A DNA stretch of 64,000 bases from Candidatus Sulfomarinibacteraceae bacterium (lineage in GTDB: Bacteria > Acidobacteriota > Thermoanaerobaculia > Thermoanaerobaculales > Sulfomarinibacteraceae): NCBI GenBank assembly GCA_963714885.1, contig CAVQQV010000034.1, forward strand, positions 8,702-72,701, read 5' to 3'. The notes under the pieces are model-generated. The model was not told the DNA's origin, did no database searches, and saw only the letters and a list, made by a program, of their open reading frames with translations. Position 1 is the stretch's first letter. The number at the start of each line of letters is the position of its first letter. Shown here piece by piece: positions 55,656 to 63,565 of the stretch. A program made the translations under genes and the position numbers.

Positions 55656-57005
55656 ATGAACCGCGTGGATCGTAATCTGTTCCGTGGTTCTGTGACGCGG
55701 TGTTTCGTGCTCATGGTCGCTGCCGCTGCGGCACAGCTGATGCCGAGATATTCGGTGGCGCAGGAAGCGCCCCCCGCGCTCGAGTTCAGCTTTTCCAATC
55801 CCGGCGCCCGGAGCATGGGTTTGGGCGGCGCATTCGTCGCTTTGGCCGATGACGCAACCGCCGCCTTTGCCAACCCGGCCGGTCTCGTTCAGTTGCTGCG
55901 GCCCGAGGTGTCACTCGAGTTGAGGAGGCGGAATTACTCGACCCCATACACTGAGGGGGGACGAGCCTCGGGTTCGCCAACCGGATTCGGTATCGATACC
56001 GTCGATGGTGTTCGAACCGCAACCTCGAACGAGACGACGTCTGGAGTGTCCTTTCTCTCATTCGTCTATCCGGGCACGAAGTGGTCGCTGGCCCTGTATC
56101 GACATCAGCTCGCTGATTTTTCGGTGAGTACGGAAATCAACGGTCTCTTCGGCGACGCCATTGAGGGCGGAACCAGGCGCTACGAAGACCAGCCGATAAC
56201 CACCGATCTCGAAATCGTCGGAACTGGCCTCTCGGGCGCCTACCAGGTGAGTGAACGTCTCAGCGTCGGGTTCGGGCTGACGTACTTCGCGGGCAGCGTC
56301 GAGAATCATGGGGCGGCCTACTCTGTCGACAGCTTCCCGGAGACCTATTGGGACGAGAATTCGTTTCTACCCCACAGACAGATTGTGACCAGCAGCTTCG
56401 TAGTTGATGAAACGGACATCGGGTTCAACGTCGGCTTCCTGTGGCAGTTCGCCGAGAGCTGGCGCCTCGGGGGCGTGTATCGGCAGGGACCGCGATTCGA
56501 CTACGAGCTCTACAATCGCGCCGGACCCCTCAACGATGAGCCAGAGGGGACCGTCCTCGAGGCCGTGACCGACCGCTCCATCGCCTTTCCGGATGTGTGG
56601 GGATTGGGCGTCGCCTACCGATCGCCGAATGGGAGTCTGACCGTCGGTTTCGAGTGGGATCTGGTCGAGTACTCGGTGATTCTGGAGACGCTTGATTCCG
56701 AGCAGGTCGACACGACGGATGTTGCAATGGACGACGCGAACGAGCTGCACCTCGGGTTCGAGTACGTGTTTCTGAAAACGAAACCTCTGATCGCGGTTCG
56801 CGCCGGGCTGTGGCGCGATCCGGACCACCGGTTTCGATATGAAGGCGACGATCCGTTCGCAAGTGCTCTGTATCAGCCCGGAAAGGACTCGTTGCACGTC
56901 ACCGTCGGCGTTGGGGTTGCATTCAAGAGTTTTCAAATCGACCTCGGGGCCGACCTCTCGGATCGTGCCGACGTCTTGTCGCTGTCAGCGATCTACAGTT
57001 TCTGA
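55656..57005 (+). CDS. FadL/TodX-family-like outer-membrane beta-barrel (paralogue 2)
   Basis: Signal peptide. FSFSNPGARSMGLGGAFVALADDATAAFANPAGL, and the C-terminal VLSLSAIYSF. It is collinear with 51412..52794 throughout. Confidence 0.75.
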   Translation: MNRVDRNLFRGSVTRCFVLMVAAAAAQLMPRYSVAQEAPPALEFSFSNPGARSMGLGGAFVALADDATAAFANPAGLVQLLRPEVSLELRRRNYSTPYTEGGRASGSPTGFGIDTVDGVRTATSNETTSGVSFLSFVYPGTKWSLALYRHQLADFSVSTEINGLFGDAIEGGTRRYEDQPITTDLEIVGTGLSGAYQVSERLSVGFGLTYFAGSVENHGAAYSVDSFPETYWDENSFLPHRQIVTSSFVVDETDIGFNVGFLWQFAESWRLGGVYRQGPRFDYELYNRAGPLNDEPEGTVLEAVTDRSIAFPDVWGLGVAYRSPNGSLTVGFEWDLVEYSVILETLDSEQVDTTDVAMDDANELHLGFEYVFLKTKPLIAVRAGLWRDPDHRFRYEGDDPFASALYQPGKDSLHVTVGVGVAFKSFQIDLGADLSDRADVLSLSAIYSF

Positions 57006-57011
57006 TCCTGT

Positions 57012-58928
57012 CTATCGGAGCCCGGCCGCTATGCGCCGGAGGGCCTCCTCAACCTGCACCGCACTCGAAATCCGTTCCGCCGGGTCCTTGGCGAGGCAGC
57101 GCAAGGTGAGGGCTGCGAGCTCCCCCGGAATTCCAGGCGCGATCGTCGACGGGTCGGGGGGGAGGGCGGTGCGCTGCATGGCAAGAACCTCAGCCACAGT
57201 GTTGGCCTCGAACGGCCGCCGGCCGGTTGCCATCTCGAAGATCACGAGCCCCAGCGCATAGAGATCGGATCTTTCGTCGAGCGGGCCCAGGGCGACCTGT
57301 TCGGGCGACGCGTAATGTGGCGTGCCGACAAACACGCCGTGCTGGGTGAGGCCCTGCTCACCGATCAAACGGGCAAGGCCGAAATCGGCGAGGTACGGTT
57401 CGCCATCCTCATCCATCAGGATGTTGCCGGGTTTGACGTCGCGGTGAAGGACGTTTCGTTCGTGTGCGGATGCCAGTGCCGATGCGAGCTTCGAAGAAAT
57501 ACTGAGAACCACCGGCACCGGAAGCGCCCCACACTCCGAGATTCTGTCGGCGAGCGTCCCTCCGTTGATCCACTGCATGGTGATGTATGTTCCGCCCTCA
57601 TACGAGGCCAGGTGATAGGCACGGAGGATGTTGGGGTGGGCGAGATCACGTGACAGAAGGATCTCCTGTCGCACCCGATCGAGCGCTGAGGGGTTGGCCG
57701 TGTACTCCGGTTTGAGCAGCTTGAGAGCAACCCAGGTGTCGAGCATGGTGTCGCGGGCCTTGAAAACGCTGCCGGTCGCTCCCGTGCCGACTTCCTCGTG
57801 CAGTGTGTACCGGCTGTCGATGGTCCTCAGAGATATCGTGAGGTCCCCGCTTATCGAGGCAGACTGTGGCGGAGGTGCCTGTGGCGCGGTGTCCAGATCT
57901 TCGAGCCAGCGCCGCATGAAAAAACTCGGCAGCACATAGCTCCGGTCCTCATCGCGACCGATGAAACCGAGGTTTTCGAGCCGCTGCAGGGCGTCGTCCC
58001 GGTCGGCGGTGTCGGCCTTCATCACGGCGTGAAGTGATGCATCGGTAGCCCTCTCTTGCTCGGCAATCAACCGGAGGACCGTCTTCTCGGTGGCAGACAG
58101 CATCTCGAAATCGACCGAAAAGAAGTAGTTGATCATGCGATCGGTGGCGACCTGGCGACAGGCTTCGTCGAAATCGCCGGTCTCCAGGAAGCGTTTGCAG
58201 ACCAGCTGGACCAGGTAGGGGTGGTTGCCGCAGCGGAGACAGATTTCGATCGCGTCTTTCTCGCCGATCTCCGGCCGAGATTCCGGTGTGGTGTGGTCCT
58301 GTCGAACGAGGGCGAGGCTTTCGTCGGTGGAGAGGCCGTTGATGTAGAGCGGTGGGCTGAAGCCATGGAGGAATGGCGATGTGTCGCCCCTCTGTTCCGA
58401 GAGTTCGCACAGCCGGACCGACGAGGTGAGCACCGAACGAACACCCTCCTGGGACTGCATGGCGCGCCGAAGTTTGCGCAACAGCGCGGGATCCTGGCGG
58501 TGGAGATTGAGGAGTTCCTCGACCTCGTCGCAGAGGAGGAGGAGCGAGCGCCCCTGGCTCGTGAGCAGGCGGCGGAGTCTGGCCATCGAACTGAAGAGGT
58601 CCCCGCTTTCGAAATCGGAGATTTGAATGCCAATATCGCCGAACCTTTCTTCGGCGTCGAGCAGGGCGTCCGAAAAGCTGAGATGGAGTTCTTCCGGGTC
58701 GTCGGCTCCCTGAAAATCCCAGAAGATCGGGACGTACTCTCGCCCGTCGGACGTGGCCAGAAACTCGAGTTGTTTGAGCAGGGACGTCTTGCCGATCCTT
58801 CGAGTGCCCAGGATCCAGAGCGAGTTTCGAGGACCGTCGAGGATTTCCTCGATCAGACCGCTCCGCCCATAGAAACGATCACCGCGGACCCACTGGCCGA
58901 CCACGAAGGGGTTAGGTCCTGGCTTCAT
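57012..58928 (-). CDS. STAND-like P-loop NTPase fused to a C-terminal Hanks-type Ser/Thr protein kinase (module 2, output = kinase)
   Basis: ATG 58928. The core is GQWVRGDRFYGRSGLIEEIL, ILGTRRIGKTSLLKQLE, LLLLCDEVEEL and LENLGFIGRDEDRSYVLPSFFMRRWLED. The kinase has VGTGATGSVFKA (G-loop), WVALKLL, HRDVKPGNIL, LADFGLAR and GTPHYASPEQ. The first 50 aa of the track ORF are over-extension. Confidence 0.85.
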   Translation of the reverse strand: MKPGPNPFVVGQWVRGDRFYGRSGLIEEILDGPRNSLWILGTRRIGKTSLLKQLEFLATSDGREYVPIFWDFQGADDPEELHLSFSDALLDAEERFGDIGIQISDFESGDLFSSMARLRRLLTSQGRSLLLLCDEVEELLNLHRQDPALLRKLRRAMQSQEGVRSVLTSSVRLCELSEQRGDTSPFLHGFSPPLYINGLSTDESLALVRQDHTTPESRPEIGEKDAIEICLRCGNHPYLVQLVCKRFLETGDFDEACRQVATDRMINYFFSVDFEMLSATEKTVLRLIAEQERATDASLHAVMKADTADRDDALQRLENLGFIGRDEDRSYVLPSFFMRRWLEDLDTAPQAPPPQSASISGDLTISLRTIDSRYTLHEEVGTGATGSVFKARDTMLDTWVALKLLKPEYTANPSALDRVRQEILLSRDLAHPNILRAYHLASYEGGTYITMQWINGGTLADRISECGALPVPVVLSISSKLASALASAHERNVLHRDVKPGNILMDEDGEPYLADFGLARLIGEQGLTQHGVFVGTPHYASPEQVALGPLDERSDLYALGLVIFEMATGRRPFEANTVAEVLAMQRTALPPDPSTIAPGIPGELAALTLRCLAKDPAERISSAVQVEEALRRIAAGLR

Positions 58929-61311
58929 CGATTCCCGCGACCGCATCGACGTCGGCGGTCGTGATCTGCCGTCGTCCCTCCTCGTACATCCGGTTGACGA
59001 GAGCGATGCAGAGCCTTTGAACCCGGTACGGTTTGCGGTCGGTGAGCTCGATGATGCTGTCGACCACGGCACCGTCAAACTTGAAAACCCCGCCGGTCGG
59101 TCGTGTGATCAAGTCGATCGCGTGGTCCCGCTCGATCGGCGTGACCTCGATCTCCTCGAAGAAGTTGTACCAGGGGCTGCCTTCTTTGTCCCACTGCTTG
59201 CGGATCTCGACTCCCGAGACCACCGCGACGAGGTTTTCGGCAAAACTCTTCATGAAAAGGCTTCTCAGACGTTGGTTGACACGGGGGTCGTAGGCATTGA
59301 GTTCGTCGACCTCGTCGATGAGAAGCACCAGCTTGACCTGCTTTTCGCTTCTGGCCTTGAGGGCCTTGATCACCTTCCGGAGATCGTGCACCAGTTCGCG
59401 GTAGCCATAGACCGATCCCTGGGGAACATCAGCACCGACCGTCGCACCGTCGAGCAGTGGGGCCAGCTCGTGAAAGATGTCTTCAGCCAGGGTGGAGAAA
59501 AACTGCGACTCGGGGGTTCCCTGGAGATCGATATAGACCGGGTAGAACGCGTACTGCGGGTCGTCGAGCTCGAGCAGCCGCCGCCTGATGTGGTGTTGCA
59601 GCGAGGTCTTGCCGATTCGGCGTTCGCCGTACAACAGAAGACTGTTGTTGTGGATGGTCTGCAGGATCCTCTCGACAAGTTGTTCCCTTCCAAAGAACAT
59701 TTCACGATCGAGCACCGGCGCGCCGGCGATGTAGGGGTTGAATCGCCGCGTGATGAGCTGGCGCCGGCGTCTGGCCCGGAACGCCCAGACTCCGGCGAGA
59801 ACGGCGATCGGCAGCGCGGCTATCACGAGTTGGAACCAGAGTGATCTGTAGAACGGCACCGCGTAAAGGACGGTGTACTCTGCGCTCGAACTCAGACCGG
59901 CGCTGTCGGTGGCGGTGAGGGAGTAGACCGACCATCCTGAGCGGAGACGCTCGGTGAGCGTGAACTCGGTGACGAAGTACTCGCCCACAGCCTGGCTGGT
60001 GCTGTGTCCTTCGATCTGCCGGCCTTCAGGGCCCTGGAATCGGATGTCGACTGGAGAGTTGTCGATCACCACGCCATTCAGGCGAAAGTCCGGTGTCCTC
60101 ACAACCTGGATCTTCATCCCGTCGGGCTGGTCGCTTCTGAAATCGGCGAAGCGAATCGCGGGGGGGATATTTTCGACAGTTCGCGATCCAAGCAGCCGGC
60201 TGCTGATCTCGCCGTAGGCTCTGCGGACCTGTCCGAGAGCCGCGACGTTTCCCGGGTCGATCGCGAGCACGCGGTTGGACGCCGAAATGGCGGCCTCGAA
60301 CTCGCCGGCCGCGTACAAACTGACGGCTTCCTGGAGCGTGCTGTTCAGGGACTCCTGAACGACAATCCTCTTTTGAGCCTCGAGGATTCGGCGCTGAATC
60401 TCGGCTGCCGCTGCGTTTGTCGGATCGGCTGCGAGAACTCTCTGGAGTTGGTCGAGGGCCGCGGAGAACCGCCCTGACTGTTCGAGGTCTCGAGCCTGGC
60501 TCAACCCTGTCGTGACCGCGGCCTGCCGTGCGCCCGCATCTTCCTCGGCCCGGATCTCTGCCGCGAGGCCGGCCCGCGCCTGATCGAGAAGTTGTTGGGC
60601 CGTTGTGTCTGGTTGCAGCGAAAGGGCCTGTTGGAACAGGCTCGATGCCTCCGCGAAGTTGCCGTCGTCGAGGTCAGCTCTGCCGCGGCTGATCAGATCC
60701 GCCGCCCGGGCGCCGTCGAGTCGTTGGCGCTCCCGCCGAACGACCTCGGTCCGCAGTTCCTGCATCTTGGCGGTTGCGTCGGGGTTTTCCTGGTCCACGG
60801 CGAGACCCTCACCGAGAGCATCCATGGCTGCCTCGAGCCGGCCCTGACGCTCGAGAATCTCGGCCTCCCGGAGGCTTTCACGGACGATCTGCGATGTGCG
60901 CTCGCTCTCCATGTTGGCGACGTCCTCGCGTGCGTTGAGGGCCAACTGTCGGAATCGTTGCAGCTCCTCCATGTCCGTTTTCGAGGCTTGAATCGCGCCC
61001 AGTTGCTCCTCGGTCTGAAATGCCTGCAGCGCGGCTTCGTACTGCCCGAGATGGTGGTAGGCGATGCCGAGCTTGAGGTAGGGAAAGTACGCGACAACCT
61101 TCATCCCGTACGAACGGACTCGTGCTCCCGAGTCGCCCTTACGCTCGAGGGCCTGTTGGAGCTCCTCGACGGCGTCGCCCCATTTCCCATCGGCAAGGGC
61201 GGCTTCGGCCCGTGCATAGTGCTCGTACCAGTAGTCGGCCCAGGCGGTCGGGGCGGGCGCCCATAACGTGCACACGATCACCGCGTATGCAACCAGCACG
61301 CGACCTTTCAT
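58912..61311 (-). CDS. Membrane sensor-like protein: signal peptide, TPR-rich ectodomain, Ig-like segment, one TM helix, cytoplasmic 'SPWYNFFEE'-type P-loop ATPase (module 2 partner)
   Basis: ATG 61311 (MKGRVLVAYAVIVCTLWAPAPTAWA). TPR-like repeats (YFPYLKLGIAYHHLGQYEAALQAF, ..AEASSLFQQALSLQPD.., AISASNRVLAIDPGN). TM helix LWFQLVIAALPIAVLAGVWAF followed by RARRRRQ. ATPase: RILQTIHNNSLLLYGERRIGKTSL, LVLLIDEVDEL and EGSPWYNFFEEI. It overlaps the kinase gene start by 17 nt. Confidence 0.8.
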   Translation of the reverse strand: MKGRVLVAYAVIVCTLWAPAPTAWADYWYEHYARAEAALADGKWGDAVEELQQALERKGDSGARVRSYGMKVVAYFPYLKLGIAYHHLGQYEAALQAFQTEEQLGAIQASKTDMEELQRFRQLALNAREDVANMESERTSQIVRESLREAEILERQGRLEAAMDALGEGLAVDQENPDATAKMQELRTEVVRRERQRLDGARAADLISRGRADLDDGNFAEASSLFQQALSLQPDTTAQQLLDQARAGLAAEIRAEEDAGARQAAVTTGLSQARDLEQSGRFSAALDQLQRVLAADPTNAAAAEIQRRILEAQKRIVVQESLNSTLQEAVSLYAAGEFEAAISASNRVLAIDPGNVAALGQVRRAYGEISSRLLGSRTVENIPPAIRFADFRSDQPDGMKIQVVRTPDFRLNGVVIDNSPVDIRFQGPEGRQIEGHSTSQAVGEYFVTEFTLTERLRSGWSVYSLTATDSAGLSSSAEYTVLYAVPFYRSLWFQLVIAALPIAVLAGVWAFRARRRRQLITRRFNPYIAGAPVLDREMFFGREQLVERILQTIHNNSLLLYGERRIGKTSLQHHIRRRLLELDDPQYAFYPVYIDLQGTPESQFFSTLAEDIFHELAPLLDGATVGADVPQGSVYGYRELVHDLRKVIKALKARSEKQVKLVLLIDEVDELNAYDPRVNQRLRSLFMKSFAENLVAVVSGVEIRKQWDKEGSPWYNFFEEIEVTPIERDHAIDLITRPTGGVFKFDGAVVDSIIELTDRKPYRVQRLCIALVNRMYEEGRRQITTADVDAVAGIDEART

Positions 61312-61440
61312 GTCGGAGCAACGCACCGGATGACGGTCACCGGCCTTCCGAGCCTGAGGCGCAACGGCGTCATGTGTGTGCATACGCTATCCCGCGTCGA
61401 GTGTAACAGGCGACACGAAGGCGATGGATCGTCGCGCGGC

Positions 61441-61468
61441 GTGACAATGGTGAGAAATTGGGTAGCAT
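61441..61468 (+). promoter_or_regulatory. Putative promoter of the DUF45-like gene (leaderless geometry)
   Basis: GTGACA (61441-46), 16 nt, TAGCAT (61463-68), 7 nt, ATG (61476). This is prediction only. Confidence 0.3.
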
Positions 61469-61475
61469 GCACTGT

Positions 61476-62059
61476 ATGACGGATGTATCGACCAAGCTCG
61501 ACGTGGACGGCATGACCCTCGACCTCGTCGTGGTTCGGAAGACGGGTGAAAAACATCAACGCGCGGCTCAACGGCTCGACGCTTTCGGTCAGCGCGCCGC
61601 ACCGTGTTTCCCGAGGCGAGGTTCGCTCCGTGGCGGTGGAGCTCGCGCGGCGTTTGCTCCGCCGCGCCCGCGCCGACGCCGTCAACGGCGACGACTCGGG
61701 CAGGATTGTCGCTCAAAAGGTCGCAGCGAAGTTTCCGAAACCGCCCCGGGTGACCGAGGTCCGGTTCTCGACCAACCAGCGCTCGCAGTGGGGGAGCTAC
61801 AGCCCGCGAACCGGGGTCATTCGGCTCAACGCGGTGCTCAAGGTGATGCCGCCGTGGGTCCTCGAGGCGGTTGTGGCGCACGAACTGGCGCACTCGGTCC
61901 ACCCCGACCACTCGCTGGCGTTCTGGAAACTGGTGCGGTCGATCTGCCGCCACACCGATCGCGCGAATGCTTTTCTGGAGGGTGTCGGCTGGTTGGCCTC
62001 GTCGTGGGATGATCTGGAGCCCGCCGAGAGATCGCAGCTGGCTGGAAGAGGTAATCTGA
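61476..62059 (+). pseudogene. YgjP/DUF45 (WLM/SprT-like) HExxH metal-dependent hydrolase, at least one frame change; 3' end uncertain
   Basis: MTDVSTKLDVDGMTLDLVVVRKT joins VKNINARLNGSTLSVSAPHRVSRGEV... at ~61543, in a G-run. The motif VVAHELAHSVHPDHSLAFWKLV is the DUF45 signature. The track frame runs on to 62310, 244 nt into the convergent MttB gene. A second +1 shift would end it at TGA 62057-62059, so I give that end with low confidence. Confidence 0.55.
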
Positions 62060-62066
62060 AGCTCAC

Positions 62067-63530
62067 TCAGGTCGGCGACTCGATTTCCGGCAGGGCGTCC
62101 ATCCCGGCGTTGCGGGCAGCGGCGGACATGATGGTCCGGAGTTCGCCGCGAATATCGCTGCCGATGCGGCTCGGCTCGAAATCCGCGATCAGGCGATCGA
62201 CCTCAGCGGCTGCCCTGTCGGCCAGGGTCGGGGCCCCCTCCTCCAACCACCGCGCCCGGCTCGTGCGGTCGATGACCTGGCCCGGGAACGACAGTTCCTT
62301 GCGGACGTGACGCCGCGTGTGGTCGGCGATCAGGAGGTGCTTTTCGGCCAGGAGCTCTTCGAAGAGCGGTCTTGCAGGGAAGTCGTCACGCGGTTCGATG
62401 CCGGCGCGCAGGCGGTCGGTCATGAGACAGATCTCGTGGTCCACGACCAACTTCTCCAGGCTCTGACAGCTTTCGAAATCGAGCATCCCGGGGCCGGAGA
62501 CGTTGTCGATCACGGTCAGGGCGGCGAGGGTCGCGCCCATCCCGGTCTCGAGCCCGGCCTGGGCGTCGAGGGCCTTGGAGTCCGAGAGAGCGATATAACC
62601 CTGGGTCGGAAGCCCGAGGCGGCGGCCGATCTCGGCTGCCGCACAGGTCAACATGGTGGTTTCCATCGCGCCCATCGGGGTGGTTTCAAAACGCAGATCG
62701 AAGATGGCCGGTGAGCCCCCGAACAGCAGTGGTGTTCCTGGGTTTGCCAGCTGCGCGATCACGACGCCAGAGAGCACCTCTGCCGTGTGCTGAATGAGGG
62801 TTCCGACGAGGGTGACCGGGGCCATGAAGCCGGTCAGGGGGACGGGAATGATTTCGACCGGGATGCGCAGCCTGGCGCAGTCGATGAGGTTGCGGCTGCC
62901 CTCGTCGGTCCAACGCAGCGGCGCCGTGGGACAGCAGGTGAACATGGCGACCGGTTTCGCGGCGAGGGCCTCGGATGAACCGCGGACGGCCAGCACGAGG
63001 TCGCGCATGACATCGAAGCCTTCAATAGTGAAGGCGCCGGTCACAACCGGTTTTTCGCAGTGGAGCAGGTTGAGATAGAGCCGATAGCTGTCGGCAATGG
63101 CCTCGGGTACGTCGGATGAAACCAGTGCCGTCGACTGGGCGTTCATGCGCTCGAGGCGGCTGACGAGCTTCGCGAGGGCGACGAGGTCGGAGGTCACCGC
63201 CGGGCGGATCGCGCCGCTTTCCCGGTCGAGGACATTGATGGCCGCTGACCCCGGGGTGAAGTGGGTCTTCTGACCATCGAAACAGTGGGTCTCGTTGCCC
63301 GCTACGTCGTACAGCGAAAAGCTGAGTGGGGTGGTGTCGAGCGCCGCTTCAACCAGACCCTCGGCAAAATGCACGCGGCCGTCGGCGCCCTCGAGCGCGC
63401 CGTGCTCCGCGAGCAGGGCCTTGGTCTGGTCGTCAACGACGTCCACCCCGACCTCGGCCAGCACGATTTTCGCCTCGGTGATGATTCGGTCCGCCAGGTC
63501 GTCGTCGAGCAGTTGAAACCTCGGTTGCAT
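62067..63530 (-). CDS. MttB-superfamily (trimethylamine methyltransferase-like) protein, non-pyrrolysine type
   Basis: 487-aa uninterrupted ORF. It shows MttB-family TIM-barrel character (LSFSLYD..G, FTCCPTAPLRWTDEG, IPVPLTGFMAPVTLVGTL, GGSPAIFDLRFETTPMGAMET, LSDSKALDAQAGLE). There is no in-frame TAG. Confidence 0.75.
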   Translation of the reverse strand: MQPRFQLLDDDLADRIITEAKIVLAEVGVDVVDDQTKALLAEHGALEGADGRVHFAEGLVEAALDTTPLSFSLYDVAGNETHCFDGQKTHFTPGSAAINVLDRESGAIRPAVTSDLVALAKLVSRLERMNAQSTALVSSDVPEAIADSYRLYLNLLHCEKPVVTGAFTIEGFDVMRDLVLAVRGSSEALAAKPVAMFTCCPTAPLRWTDEGSRNLIDCARLRIPVEIIPVPLTGFMAPVTLVGTLIQHTAEVLSGVVIAQLANPGTPLLFGGSPAIFDLRFETTPMGAMETTMLTCAAAEIGRRLGLPTQGYIALSDSKALDAQAGLETGMGATLAALTVIDNVSGPGMLDFESCQSLEKLVVDHEICLMTDRLRAGIEPRDDFPARPLFEELLAEKHLLIADHTRRHVRKELSFPGQVIDRTSRARWLEEGAPTLADRAAAEVDRLIADFEPSRIGSDIRGELRTIMSAAARNAGMDALPEIESPT

Positions 63531-63565
63531 GGTCTCCCCCCGGTCCAGATCATTTCACAAAAGAC

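Noticed and set aside
49111-61383. Duplicated module as a transposon/IS-mediated or very recent segmental duplication
   Set aside because: The paralogues are diverged (by eye roughly 55-70 % identity). They have different domain architectures and different gene order. There are no terminal inverted repeats, transposase or integrase.
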